A stretch of DNA of 64,000 nt from an uncultured Chloroflexia bacterium (GCA_963795645.1 CAWCIK010000005.1:216554-280553); one strand, 5' to 3'; positions 38,463-50,224 are shown, counted from the stretch's first letter. Translations and numbers: made by a program. Notes: generated by a model from the letters alone, not told the origin.

Positions 38463-39526
38463 CCGACATCCCGGTGATCGGTTTCGTCATCCAGTTCCTC
38501 GTTTTCATGGTCGACCAGCTGCCGATCATCAGCCACGCGGCGGTCTCGATTGCGATACCGATCGGCCTGGCCGGGCTGTGCGGAGTGGTGAGCGAGCGCT
38601 CGGGCGTGGTCAACATCGGCCTCGAAGGCATGATGCTCACGGCGGCATTCGTCGGCTGGTCGATGGGCGCCCTGGCCGTAGCGCTCCTGCCGCCAGAGCT
38701 GGCATCGGCCCGGACGGACGTGTTCGGCATCAGCGTGCCGCTGTTGATCGGCCTGGGTGTGGCGCTCCTGTCGGGCATGATCCTGGCCGCCCTGCATGCG
38801 TGGCTGGCAATCTATGTACGCGCCGACCAGATCATCAGCGGCGTGATCATCAATATCGGCGCTGTTGGCTTGACGGGCTACCTGAACACGCTCATATCGT
38901 CCGGCTCGCCCCAGGGGGCAGGCAAGTTCACGCCGCTCCAGGTGCCGGAAAACATCGCCAATATTCCCCTCATCGGCTGGCTGATCAATGCCATATTCGA
39001 TCAGGGCCCAATCGCGATCGGGACGATCATCCTGGTGATCGTCGTGCAGATCCTGCTGTTCAGAACGCGCTGGGGCCTGCGCACGCGAGCCGTAGGCGAG
39101 CACCCGCGCGCGGCAGAGACGGTAGGCATTAACGTGATCCGCCTGCGCTATCGCAACGTGATCATGTCCGGCGCGATCGCGGCGCTGGCCGGCGCGTACC
39201 TGTCCATGGAGCTGACCTCGTCATTCCAGGCCGGCATGAGCGCCGGCCGTGGCTTCATTGGCCTGGCGGCGATGATCGTCGGGCGCTGGACACCGATTGG
39301 CGCGTTTGGAGCCGCGCTTCTGTTTGCGTCATCGAGCGCCATCGGCCGCGCGATCCAGTTCGCGGCGCCGGACAACGGTATGGGTAACTTCCTGAAGGAC
39401 ATTCCGCCCCAGTTCTACGACGCGCTGCCCTACCTCGTGACGATCATCGTCCTCGCCGGAGTCATCGGCCGGAGCGTCGCGCCCGCCGCTGACGGGCAGC
39501 CGTACGAACGAGAGGCAGCCGCGTAG
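38459..39526 (+). CDS. ABC transporter permease (BMP/nucleoside importer, second permease)
   Basis: A multi-TM protein. The start overlaps the upstream stop (ATGA). Contains VNIGLEGMMLTAAF. Confidence 0.85.
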   Translation: MTDIPVIGFVIQFLVFMVDQLPIISHAAVSIAIPIGLAGLCGVVSERSGVVNIGLEGMMLTAAFVGWSMGALAVALLPPELASARTDVFGISVPLLIGLGVALLSGMILAALHAWLAIYVRADQIISGVIINIGAVGLTGYLNTLISSGSPQGAGKFTPLQVPENIANIPLIGWLINAIFDQGPIAIGTIILVIVVQILLFRTRWGLRTRAVGEHPRAAETVGINVIRLRYRNVIMSGAIAALAGAYLSMELTSSFQAGMSAGRGFIGLAAMIVGRWTPIGAFGAALLFASSSAIGRAIQFAAPDNGMGNFLKDIPPQFYDALPYLVTIIVLAGVIGRSVAPAADGQPYEREAAA

Positions 39527-39536
39527 AGTCCTCGCC

Positions 39537-40016
39537 ATGAATGATGAGCGGATGCGCGCACTCGACATCATCGACGCGCAGGAAGGCACCGGGCCCGTGC
39601 CGATCCTGTCTGCCGACGAATCTGCCGGGCTGTTGGCGCGCAGCCGACGCATCGCGCTGGTCGGCGCCTCGCCCAACCCGGCCCGGCCGTCCCACGGCGT
39701 GATGGCCTTCCTGCTCGACGCCGGCTATGAGGTCGTCCCGATCAACCCCAATTGGGCCGAGGTGCTGGGCCAGCGGAGCTTCGCCACGCTGGAGGATGCG
39801 ACCGCGGCCACGGGTCGCTTCGACCTGGTCGACGTATTCCGGCGTCCCGAGCACACGCCCGACATAGCGCGATCCACGGTCGCCACCGGCGCCGGCGCGC
39901 TGTGGCTCCAGATCGGCGTGGTCAACTGGGAGACGGCGCAGATCGCGCACGAGGCCGGCCTGCCGGTCGTCATGGACCGCTGCACAAGAATCGAATACCG
40001 GCGAATTCGTCGCTGA
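39537..40016 (+). CDS. CoA-binding domain protein (YccU/YneT family)
   Basis: Contains RIALVGASPNPARPSHGVMAFLLDAGYEVVPINP and DVFRRPEH ... LWLQIGV. Confidence 0.8.
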   Translation: MNDERMRALDIIDAQEGTGPVPILSADESAGLLARSRRIALVGASPNPARPSHGVMAFLLDAGYEVVPINPNWAEVLGQRSFATLEDATAATGRFDLVDVFRRPEHTPDIARSTVATGAGALWLQIGVVNWETAQIAHEAGLPVVMDRCTRIEYRRIRR

Positions 40017-40212
40017 CTCTCGCCCGCCGAATCCACGCCACCGATAGCCGTCCGCTTATCGGCACTATCTTTAGTTGGACGCTTGGCGGTCCGATCATGC
40101 CCAAAGCAGCGCCTGGCGCCGGGCCGTGGCACGACCAGACCCGTGACCCCCTCGTCGGCGGAGGCGAACGGAGTGCGAAGTCGACGATTGCGCGCCCTTC
40201 TAGCGATAGTGC

Positions 40213-40983
40213 CTATAACGCCGAGTCTGAAACCTTCTCCCAGACCGACACGTGCGACGGGCTGTCGGACACGAACCTGGCGCGATTCCAGTCCGCCCAG
40301 CGATCCGCGAGGAGCATGCCGGCCAGTCGCGCCATCTCGTCGAGCTCGGCCGGAGGCGAGTAGCGGAACGGTATCGACGCGAGCTGCCAATGGCCGTCGG
40401 TCAGCGAGAAATGATGCGAGACCATCGTCTGGCTCGGGATGTCGTACTCGTCGATACCCCAATGGGCGGCGCTCGCATCCCAGACACGAAAGCGCTGGCC
40501 TGGAGGCAGCAATTCGGGGCGAGGGTTCTCAACCTCGATCACGAAGCTGCCGCCGTCCACGAGATGCGCGGCTGCATTCCGAAAGCAGGCCATCTGCGCG
40601 TCACGCGAGGTCAGGTTCTCGATCGTGTTGAACACGAGGTAGACGAGCGAGAAGCTGCCCGTCGCGCGCGTGGTCGCCATGTCACCGATCTCGACAGGGA
40701 TCGCCTCGCCGCCCGGCTTGGCGCGCAGCTGAGCGACCATCGCGCGCGACAGCTCGATGCCGTGAACCTCGACGCCGCGTGCGGCGAGCGGCACTGCAAT
40801 GCGGCCCGTGCCGATTGCGAATTCGAGCACGGGTCCCCCGCGGGCGAGATCGACCAGCGCTGCGACCACAGGTTCGATGGCCTCGGCCGACGACATCGTC
40901 CCGCCGTCCTCGTCGTAGCGGGCAGCAACGTCTGCTCCGAAGTACCCGTCGTCGTCGGGCGGAGGCGGCACCGGGATGGTCAC
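40213..40983 (-). CDS. Class I SAM-dependent methyltransferase
   Basis: Motif I is VLEFAIGTGRIAVPLAARG, followed by the post-I HGIELS. The GTG start at 40983 overlaps the upstream TGA (GTGA). The 363-aa ORF-track extension overlaps the small membrane gene in another frame. Confidence 0.8.
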   Translation of the reverse strand: MTIPVPPPPDDDGYFGADVAARYDEDGGTMSSAEAIEPVVAALVDLARGGPVLEFAIGTGRIAVPLAARGVEVHGIELSRAMVAQLRAKPGGEAIPVEIGDMATTRATGSFSLVYLVFNTIENLTSRDAQMACFRNAAAHLVDGGSFVIEVENPRPELLPPGQRFRVWDASAAHWGIDEYDIPSQTMVSHHFSLTDGHWQLASIPFRYSPPAELDEMARLAGMLLADRWADWNRARFVSDSPSHVSVWEKVSDSAL

Positions 40984-41258
40984 CGAATGGCGAAGCCGGC
41001 CACGATCAGCACGATGCCGAGCGCGGCGACGGCCGACCAGTTCAGGACCTGCCGGCGCATCATGGCGCGCATCACGTCGGCGCCGGTCGTCTCCCCTTCG
41101 GCGGACGTCAGCCGCGAGGCGCCGCGCCACGATTCGTAACGCCTGGAGTTCTCGGCCAACCGATCCAGCTCGCTCATCCGCCGATACGGTCCGGCAACCT
41201 TCGCTATCCCGACTGCGAGAAGGACGAAGCCAGCGACCCAGAGAACGATGTCGATCAA
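40980..41258 (-). CDS. Small two-TM membrane protein (unknown function)
   Basis: Hydrophobic N- and C-terminal helices (IVLWVAGFVLLAVGIA, AVAALGIVLIVAGFAI). The start overlaps the gatB stop (ATGA) and the stop overlaps the next start (GTGA). Confidence 0.55.
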   Translation of the reverse strand: MIDIVLWVAGFVLLAVGIAKVAGPYRRMSELDRLAENSRRYESWRGASRLTSAEGETTGADVMRAMMRRQVLNWSAVAALGIVLIVAGFAIR

Positions 41259-42721
41259 GCGTCACCCGTTGCGGCCAGTCGCTCCTCGAGCAGCTGCTGG
41301 ACAACTACCGCGTCGGCCTGGCCGCGCGTCTCCTTCATCACCTGGCCGACGAGGAACTTGACCACGACGGTCTTACCGGCCTTGTAGTCGGCCACGGCCG
41401 CCGGGTTGGCACTGATGACCTTGTCAATCGCCTCGCCGAGCGCGTCACGATCGTTGATCTGGCGCAGGCCGCGCTCGGCGACGATGTCTGCGACGGCGCG
41501 TCCGCTGCGCAGATGGTCGGCATAGACCTCCTCGGCGTTCTGGCTGGAGATCTCGCCGTTCGCGCGCATGCTCAGGACGACGGCCAGCTCAGCGCCGGAT
41601 CGATGGACGAGAAGATCAGGCTCCGACTTCTGCTCGCGCAGGGCGATCTTCGAAAGCATACTGGCAACCTGCTTCGGGTCGGGCTTGCGCGCATCGGAGA
41701 CGGCGGCATCGAAATAGGCACCGGCCGACGCGACTATCACCGAGGCGTCGTAGGCAGACAGCCCGTAGTCGGCCTGATAGCGCACCCTCTTTGTCGCCGG
41801 AAGCTCCGGCAGTGCCGAGCGAATCGACTCCAGCCAGGCCGGATCCGTGCGCAGCGGCGGCAGGTCTGGCTCTGGAAAATAGCGGTAGTCCTGAGATTCT
41901 TCCTTGAGCCGCATCGTGTACGTCTCGCCGCGGCCGTCGTCCCAGCCGCGCGTCTCCTGGACGAGCCTCTCTCCCGCTTCGAGGGCGCGCGTCTGACGCT
42001 CAATCTCGAACGCGATCGCGCGCTCCACCGACCGGAACGAGTTCATGTTCTTGACCTCGACGCGCGTGCCGAGAGCTTCCGTGCCGCGCGGGCGGATCGA
42101 GACATTGGCCTCGACGCGCATCTGGCCCTCCTCCATGGCCGCATCCGATGCGCCGATCGTGAGCAGCAGCAGGCGCAGCTCCTCGGCATAGCGGCGGGCG
42201 GCTTCGGCGGAGTGGATGACGGGCTCCGTGACGATCTCCATCAACGGCATGCCGCTCCTGTTGAAGTCGACGAGCGACAGCCGCCCACCGCCCGGCGCGT
42301 CCTGGTGCTGGAGTCGGGCCGTGTCCTCCTCGAGATGTGCGCGCAGGATGAGCACCTCGACCTCGCCCTGTGAGGTTTCGACCGTGAGCCGGCCATTCGA
42401 AGTCAAGGGCAGGTCGTACTGCGAGATCTGGTAGCCCTTGGGCAGATCGGGATAGAAGTAGTTCTTGCGATCCCAGCGCGTCACGTCGGGGATCGACGCG
42501 CCGATCGCCATACCCGTCGCCAGAACGTGTTCGACGGCACGCTTGTTGATGACCGGCAGCGCCCCCGGCAGTCCCAGGCAGACCGGGCAGGTGATCGTGT
42601 TGGGCTCCGCGCCGCGCACGTCAGTCGAGCAGCCGCAGAACATCTTCGAGGCGGTTTTGAGCTGGACGTGGATCTCGATGCCGACGACGACCTCGTAGGC
42701 GGTCTCGGAAGCGACGGTCAT
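41255..42721 (-). CDS. gatB: Asp-tRNA(Asn)/Glu-tRNA(Gln) amidotransferase subunit B
   Basis: YEVVVGIEIHVQLKTASKMFCGC, ITCPVCLGLPGALP and a YqeY-like C-terminus. I use the internal Met at 42721. Confidence 0.92.
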   Translation of the reverse strand: MTVASETAYEVVVGIEIHVQLKTASKMFCGCSTDVRGAEPNTITCPVCLGLPGALPVINKRAVEHVLATGMAIGASIPDVTRWDRKNYFYPDLPKGYQISQYDLPLTSNGRLTVETSQGEVEVLILRAHLEEDTARLQHQDAPGGGRLSLVDFNRSGMPLMEIVTEPVIHSAEAARRYAEELRLLLLTIGASDAAMEEGQMRVEANVSIRPRGTEALGTRVEVKNMNSFRSVERAIAFEIERQTRALEAGERLVQETRGWDDGRGETYTMRLKEESQDYRYFPEPDLPPLRTDPAWLESIRSALPELPATKRVRYQADYGLSAYDASVIVASAGAYFDAAVSDARKPDPKQVASMLSKIALREQKSEPDLLVHRSGAELAVVLSMRANGEISSQNAEEVYADHLRSGRAVADIVAERGLRQINDRDALGEAIDKVISANPAAVADYKAGKTVVVKFLVGQVMKETRGQADAVVVQQLLEERLAATGDA

Positions 42722-42735
42722 GGCTCTAGACTGCC

Positions 42736-43155
42736 CTACTTCCCTGTTCCGCGCACCGAGCCGGTTATCGGCGCGAACTGCCCGTCGGAAAGCAGGCAGT
42801 GGATCGTGTGGTCGCCTGAAGCCCAGCCCTGATCGTCGGGGCTCGCATACGAGATCGTGTAGCGCGACTCGTTCCATGGGACACCCACGTACGACTGGAA
42901 CGCCGCGTCGCACTGCGACTGCTGGAAGGCGCCGATCGCCTCGTAGCCCGGGAACACATCGGCGTTGGGGTAGTCAAGGACGCTGAAGACCTCACCATCG
43001 TGCGCCGTGGAGCAATCGACGATGGAGTAGGCGCGGACCTGGTCTCCATTGGCGTCGACGCTCTGCGTCTCGTTGTAGCAGTCACCGACGTTGAGATCCC
43101 CACCACTTTCGCTCGACTGGCAGGCGACCAGCACGCAAAGCAACGCAAACGTCAA
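42736..43155 (-). CDS. Septum-formation-family-like lipoprotein (Cys-rich small secreted domain)
   Basis: Lipobox LVAC. Contains repeated V-x-C-x3-H-x-x-EV-type motifs (IVDCSTAHDGEVFSV, DHTIHCLL). Confidence 0.55.
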   Translation of the reverse strand: MTFALLCVLVACQSSESGGDLNVGDCYNETQSVDANGDQVRAYSIVDCSTAHDGEVFSVLDYPNADVFPGYEAIGAFQQSQCDAAFQSYVGVPWNESRYTISYASPDDQGWASGDHTIHCLLSDGQFAPITGSVRGTGK

Positions 43156-43176
43156 GAATTCCGCTAACCAGCGTCC

Positions 43177-44361
43177 TCAACGCAGCTTGTCGACGAACGC
43201 CTTCATCCGCACGAGCGCCTCCTCGAGCTGCTCGTAGCTCGTCGCGAGAGTCGCGCGGACATGACCCTCACCTGATGGCCCGAACGCATTGCCTGGCACG
43301 ACGGCGACCTTCTGCTCGTAGAGCAACTTTTCGCTGAACTCCTCGCTCGAGAGCCCGGTCGAGCGGATCGACGGAAAGGCGTAGAAGGCGCCCTTCGGCT
43401 CAGCCGCCGTCAGTCCCATCTGGTTGAGCCCGTTGACGAACATCTGGCGCCGTCGGTCGTACTCCTGGACCATGCGCTCGACGTCCGGCTCGGCGCTCTT
43501 GAGCGCGACCAGAGCGGCGTCCTGGGCGACTGTGGGCGCGGACATGATCTCGTACTGGTGGACCTTGACGATGCCTTCGAGCAACTCTCGCGGAGCGCAG
43601 ACGTAACCGACGCGCCAGCCGGTCATCGCGTATGCCTTCGAGAAGCCGCCGATCGTGATCGTCCGGTCGCGCATGCCGGGCAGGCTCGCCACCGGAACGT
43701 GCTTATGGCCTCCGTAGACGAGCCGGTCGTAGATCTCGTCGCTGACGACGATCAGGTCGTGACGTTCGGCGACGGCCGCAACTGCGCGCAATGTCTCCAG
43801 GTCGAGAACTGCACCGGTCGGGTTGCACGGATAGCCCATGAACAGGACCTTGGTGTGCGGCGTCACGGCCGCCTCGAGCTGCTCGGCCTGGAGCGCAAAG
43901 CCGGTCTCGGCCGTGGTCGAGACGAGGACGGGGGTGCCGCCGTTGAAAAGGATCGCCGGCAGGTACGCGACGTACGAGGGCTCGTGCAGCAGGACTTCGT
44001 CGCCGGGGTCGGTGATTGCGCACATGGCCGCGGCGACGGCTTCTGACGCGCCGACTGTTATGCAGATCTCCGTGTCCGGGTTATACGACAGCCCGTGCAG
44101 ACGCTCGAGGTGGCCCGCCAGCACTCGTCGAAGCTCGACGGTCCCGTAGTTGCTGGTGTAGTGCGTTCGACCGGAGCGGAGCGAACGCACTCCCTCTTCG
44201 ACGATCTGTGGCGGCGTGTTGAAATCGGGCTCGCCGACTCCAAGGCTTATGACGTCGGGCATCGTCGCAATGACGTCAAAGAACTTGCGAATGCCCGACG
44301 GCGGGACTGCGCGGACCCGCTCTGACAGGCGCGATTGGAGAACCGACGTTTCAGTCGTCAT
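43177..44361 (-). CDS. Pyridoxal-phosphate-dependent aminotransferase, class I/II (aspartate/aromatic type)
   Basis: Contains GIRKFFD, LGVGEPDFNTP, YPCNPTG and the PLP lysine context GFSKAYAMTGWRVGY. Confidence 0.88.
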   Translation of the reverse strand: MTTETSVLQSRLSERVRAVPPSGIRKFFDVIATMPDVISLGVGEPDFNTPPQIVEEGVRSLRSGRTHYTSNYGTVELRRVLAGHLERLHGLSYNPDTEICITVGASEAVAAAMCAITDPGDEVLLHEPSYVAYLPAILFNGGTPVLVSTTAETGFALQAEQLEAAVTPHTKVLFMGYPCNPTGAVLDLETLRAVAAVAERHDLIVVSDEIYDRLVYGGHKHVPVASLPGMRDRTITIGGFSKAYAMTGWRVGYVCAPRELLEGIVKVHQYEIMSAPTVAQDAALVALKSAEPDVERMVQEYDRRRQMFVNGLNQMGLTAAEPKGAFYAFPSIRSTGLSSEEFSEKLLYEQKVAVVPGNAFGPSGEGHVRATLATSYEQLEEALVRMKAFVDKLR

Positions 44362-44489
44362 CTAACCCTCTGAACTCTGGGGGGAGTATAGGAGCAGGCG
44401 AAGCGAAAACTCGGGCGCGGGCTCTCAGCCATTCTTAACTTGACCGACTCAATCCTGCGGTACCACCATCGGCTCCAAGGAGGTGTGCT

Positions 44490-45749
44490 GTGAGCCTCAC
44501 GCACATAAGTCGTGCCGTCGTGGTCGGGTCGCTCGCGTCGGGGCTTCTCCTGGTCCCCGCGCACAGCACCGAAGCGGCGACGAGCGGTCCCACCGTCATC
44601 GCCGTCCACCGCAGCGGCGCCGTCGACATAAGCGGCCAATGGGCCTTCGGCACAATCGCCAAGATGGCGGTTCCAGCCGGCAACTGGCTCATCACAGCGA
44701 CCGCGACGATACAGGGCACCGAGCCGGTATTGGCCACGTATTGCGACCTCGTCGCCGGCGTCGACTCATACGAAGCACGCACAGATCCGACGTATAACTG
44801 GACAGGCTCATTCGCCGCGATGGAGCTGCAGCTCGCGCACCATTTCGCCAAGTCGGGATCGGTGACACTGAAGTGCGATCAGGGCTACTGGCTGGGCGAC
44901 ACCATGATCCGGGACGTCCACGTTACTGCCATCAAGGTCGGCCAGCTGACGGTCGGTGGAGTGACGTATGGCAGCGGATCGCCTACGGCGATCTCCGGAG
45001 CGGACTCAACACAGCGGCTGTACTTCGATACGGCCGTCCACGACGTCGAGGACTTGGCCTTGCCTGCGGGAACCTGGCTCGTTCGAGCGACGGGATGGGG
45101 CTTCGGCAACACGTCCGGTGACCGTGTCGACTGCAGCCTCGCTTCCAGCTCCAGTACAGCCGACACCCTTATCGAAGACTTCGAGAGTTTCGCGAGTCGC
45201 AGCATCGGGCTCGAGGGAATCGTGGCCCTTTCCGCGCCTGACCACGTCTACGTCCATTGCAAGGACACATACGCCAACTGGTCGATCCGCGGCAGCGCAA
45301 TATCGGCGATAAAGGTCGGAACGCTCAAGTACGGGCACTTCGGTTCCACGCTCGCGACCAGCGGAAGCGGCTCGCCGACAGTAATAGGCGCCTACAGCGA
45401 CGACGCCGGTCCTATCGCCCCGAGTCAGGCGCTTCACTCGATTGCCTCCTTGTCGATCCCAGCGGGTGCGTGGTTCACCACGTCTCACCTTTCGCTGTTG
45501 TCGGGTGCCCAACCGAACGTCACCTGCCAGCTCCAACTCGCCCGCGCGACCGATCAGGGGCGATTGATCATGGACGCGTCGAGTTACGCGATCGGTTGGC
45601 TGGGTTTAAGCCTCACCCGGAAGTTGTCGAGCTCGTCCAAGGCAAGCATCTCGTGCGGCCAATCCGCCAAAACGAACGAGGTCCTGTTTGTGCACGACAA
45701 GATCTTCGCGATCAAAGTTGGGAAGCTGACGGATACGGCGCTGAACTAG
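44490..45749 (+). CDS. Secreted protein made of three tandem copies of an unassigned roughly 125-aa two-cysteine domain
   Basis: GTG start after AAGGAGG and a signal peptide ending LLVPAHSTEAA. Each repeat has P-A-G-x-W, then a Cys (YCDL / DCSL / TCQL), then a second Cys (LKCD / VHCK / ISCG), and ends in [ATF]AIKVG[QTK]L. I recognise no family. Confidence 0.6.
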   Translation: MSLTHISRAVVVGSLASGLLLVPAHSTEAATSGPTVIAVHRSGAVDISGQWAFGTIAKMAVPAGNWLITATATIQGTEPVLATYCDLVAGVDSYEARTDPTYNWTGSFAAMELQLAHHFAKSGSVTLKCDQGYWLGDTMIRDVHVTAIKVGQLTVGGVTYGSGSPTAISGADSTQRLYFDTAVHDVEDLALPAGTWLVRATGWGFGNTSGDRVDCSLASSSSTADTLIEDFESFASRSIGLEGIVALSAPDHVYVHCKDTYANWSIRGSAISAIKVGTLKYGHFGSTLATSGSGSPTVIGAYSDDAGPIAPSQALHSIASLSIPAGAWFTTSHLSLLSGAQPNVTCQLQLARATDQGRLIMDASSYAIGWLGLSLTRKLSSSSKASISCGQSAKTNEVLFVHDKIFAIKVGKLTDTALN

Positions 45750-47305
45750 GCCGCACTTCGCGCGATTGGGCTGGGGGTCAACGGGTCTTCGAGTGCGGCG
45801 AGGTCGCGCGGTTCGATCTTGCGCCAGGCGTCGTCGCGCGTTATCGCTTCGTACGCCCGACCGAGCTCGAACAGCCTCGCTTCATCCCATGGCCGACCGA
45901 TCAGCTGCAGGCCTGCCGGCAGACCTTCGGACAGACCGCACGGCACAGACAGCCCGGGCAGCCCGGCCATGTTCACCGGCAGTGTGCATGCATCGGACAG
46001 GTACATGGCAACCGGATCCGCCAGACGGCTGCCGAACTTGAAGGCGACCGTGGGGCTCGTCGGCGCCACCAGCGCGTCGACCTGCTCGAAGGCAGCGTCG
46101 AAGTCGGTCTTGATCAGCGTCCGCACCTTCTGCGCCTTCAAGTAGTAGGCGTCGTAGTAGCCCGCCGATAACGCGTAGGTGCCGAGCATGATCCGGCGCT
46201 TTACCTCGGCTCCGAAGCCACTCCCGCGTGTGGCCAGGTAGTCGGCGATGTAGTCGCCGCCGGCTTCGCGGACGGAGTGGCCGTAACGGACGCCGTCATA
46301 GCGCGCCAGGTTCGCCGAGGCCTCCGCCGGCGCGACGATGTAGTACGTGGCCAGGCCGTAGTCGGTGTGCGGCAGGTCGATGTCGACGATCTCCGCGCCG
46401 GCCGCGGCCAGCCGCCCGACGGCATCGCGGATCAGCTTCTCGACGCCGGGCTCCATCCCCGCCACGAAGTACTGGCGCGGCAGACCCAGGCGGACGCCCT
46501 TGAGCGACGCGGCAGCCTCGTCGTCGCTCTCCGGCAATGAGGAGAGGTAGTCCGGAACCGGGACCGGAGCCGACGTCGAATCGCGGTCGTCGCGGCCGGC
46601 GATGACGCCCAACAGCAGCGCGGCGTCGCGCACGTCGCGCGCAAAGGGCCCGATCTGGTCGAGCGAGCTGGCGAAGGCGACGATGCCGTAGCGACTGACC
46701 CTGCCGTAAGTGGGCTTGAGCCCGACCGTGCCCGTCAGAGCCGCAGGCTGGCGAATCGAACCACCGGTGTCCGTGCCGATCGAGAGTGGCGCCTGGTAAG
46801 CCGCAACGGCCGCGGCGGAACCGCCGCTGCTGCCGCCCGGGACACGGTCCAGATCCCAGGGATTGGCCGTCGGCCCGTAGGCCGAGAACTCAGTCGACGA
46901 GCCCATCGCGAACTCGTCCATGTTCGTCTTGCCCGGCAGCACGGCGCCGGCAGCGCGAAGCCGCTCGGCGATGTGCGCATCGTAAGGACTGACGTAGCCC
47001 TTGAGGATCGCGCTGCCGGCGGTCGCGGCGTCACCGCGCGTCAGCACCAGGTCCTTGAGCGCGACCGGAACGCCGAGCAGGCGCGGCAGGTCGGCTTTGT
47101 CCCGGGACGCCGCGAGTCGTGCATCGGCGTCGCGTGCGTGGCCGAGCGCCAGGTCCCGGTTCCACCACACCCAGGCGTGGAGCGCGCGGTCCGTGCGATC
47201 GATGCGGTCAAGGTGGGCGGTCGTCAGCTCGACCGAGCTGAAGTCGCCGCGGCTCAGTCCGGCTCCCATCTCGCGCGCGGAGAGTCGGGTCAGGTCAGCA
47301 GACAT
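45746..47305 (-). CDS. gatA: Glutamyl-tRNA(Gln)/Asp-tRNA(Asn) amidotransferase subunit A
   Basis: Amidase signature GGSSGGSAAAVAA and GTDTGGSIRQPAA. The frame is intact. Its stop shares a CTAG tetranucleotide with the stop of the convergent gene. Confidence 0.92.
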   Translation of the reverse strand: MSADLTRLSAREMGAGLSRGDFSSVELTTAHLDRIDRTDRALHAWVWWNRDLALGHARDADARLAASRDKADLPRLLGVPVALKDLVLTRGDAATAGSAILKGYVSPYDAHIAERLRAAGAVLPGKTNMDEFAMGSSTEFSAYGPTANPWDLDRVPGGSSGGSAAAVAAYQAPLSIGTDTGGSIRQPAALTGTVGLKPTYGRVSRYGIVAFASSLDQIGPFARDVRDAALLLGVIAGRDDRDSTSAPVPVPDYLSSLPESDDEAAASLKGVRLGLPRQYFVAGMEPGVEKLIRDAVGRLAAAGAEIVDIDLPHTDYGLATYYIVAPAEASANLARYDGVRYGHSVREAGGDYIADYLATRGSGFGAEVKRRIMLGTYALSAGYYDAYYLKAQKVRTLIKTDFDAAFEQVDALVAPTSPTVAFKFGSRLADPVAMYLSDACTLPVNMAGLPGLSVPCGLSEGLPAGLQLIGRPWDEARLFELGRAYEAITRDDAWRKIEPRDLAALEDPLTPSPIARSAA

Positions 47306-47322
47306 GGCACGTTGTCTGGCAC

Positions 47323-47625
47323 TCAGTTGCCGTGTTCACCGAGGATCGGCGGCACGACGAAGTAGTCGCCGGAGCGCTGCGGCGCGAGATCGAGGATCTC
47401 GGACCGATCGAGGCTGGGTCGCAGCTCGTCCTCGCGCAGGATGTTCTCGAGCTCGATCGTCTGCGCGGTGGGTGGAATGTGCTCGGTATCGAGCTCGGCC
47501 AGGATCGCGTACTGGTCGAGAATGTGGTTCAGCTGGCTCTCCAGCCTGGCCAGCTCATCGTCGGAGAGTCCCAGGCGCGCCAGCTGCGCGACATGTTCGA
47601 CATCGCTTCGTGAAAGCATGGCCAC
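47323..47625 (-). CDS. gatC: Glutamyl-tRNA(Gln)/Asp-tRNA(Asn) amidotransferase subunit C
   Basis: VEHVAQLARLGLSDDELARLESQLNHILDQYAILAELDT is typical of GatC. Confidence 0.88.
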   Translation of the reverse strand: MAMLSRSDVEHVAQLARLGLSDDELARLESQLNHILDQYAILAELDTEHIPPTAQTIELENILREDELRPSLDRSEILDLAPQRSGDYFVVPPILGEHGN

Positions 47626-47649
47626 CCGCGAAGGATAGCCGCGAGCCTG

Positions 47650-47946
47650 CTAGCCAGTTGTCTCCGGCGGGGCGAATACGACGAGCACGGACAGCCTAGA
47701 CGCGATGCTGTGGAAGTGATGGGCGACACCGGCCGCGACGAACACCAGCGAGCCCGGCTGGACCGCCCGCTGATGGCCATCTACCTCCAGCACAGCGCGA
47801 CCCTCGATCACGTAATAGAGCTCATCCTCGCCGTGTGGCTGCTGCGGATCGTCGGCGCCGGCCTCCAGGACGTAGACACCGGCCGACATAGAGTCGCGGC
47901 GCAGAAACTCGAGGTAGTCCTTGCTTGAAACGAGATGCTCGGCCAT
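47650..47946 (-). CDS. Cupin domain protein
   Basis: Cupin motifs HGEDELYYVIEG and GSLVFVAAGVAHHF. Confidence 0.75.
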   Translation of the reverse strand: MAEHLVSSKDYLEFLRRDSMSAGVYVLEAGADDPQQPHGEDELYYVIEGRAVLEVDGHQRAVQPGSLVFVAAGVAHHFHSIASRLSVLVVFAPPETTG

Positions 47947-47979
47947 GAGGGTCGGTCAAATTCGAACCTCTCGTATGGG

Positions 47980-50132
<2,153 letters not shown>

Positions 50133-50224
50133 TCAAATCACCCCGCGCGCATGAGGGAACCGCGCATGGCACAGTCAGACTCAATCCTGGCAACCGCTTC
50201 TGCCGTCATGTTGGAGGTCCGTCT

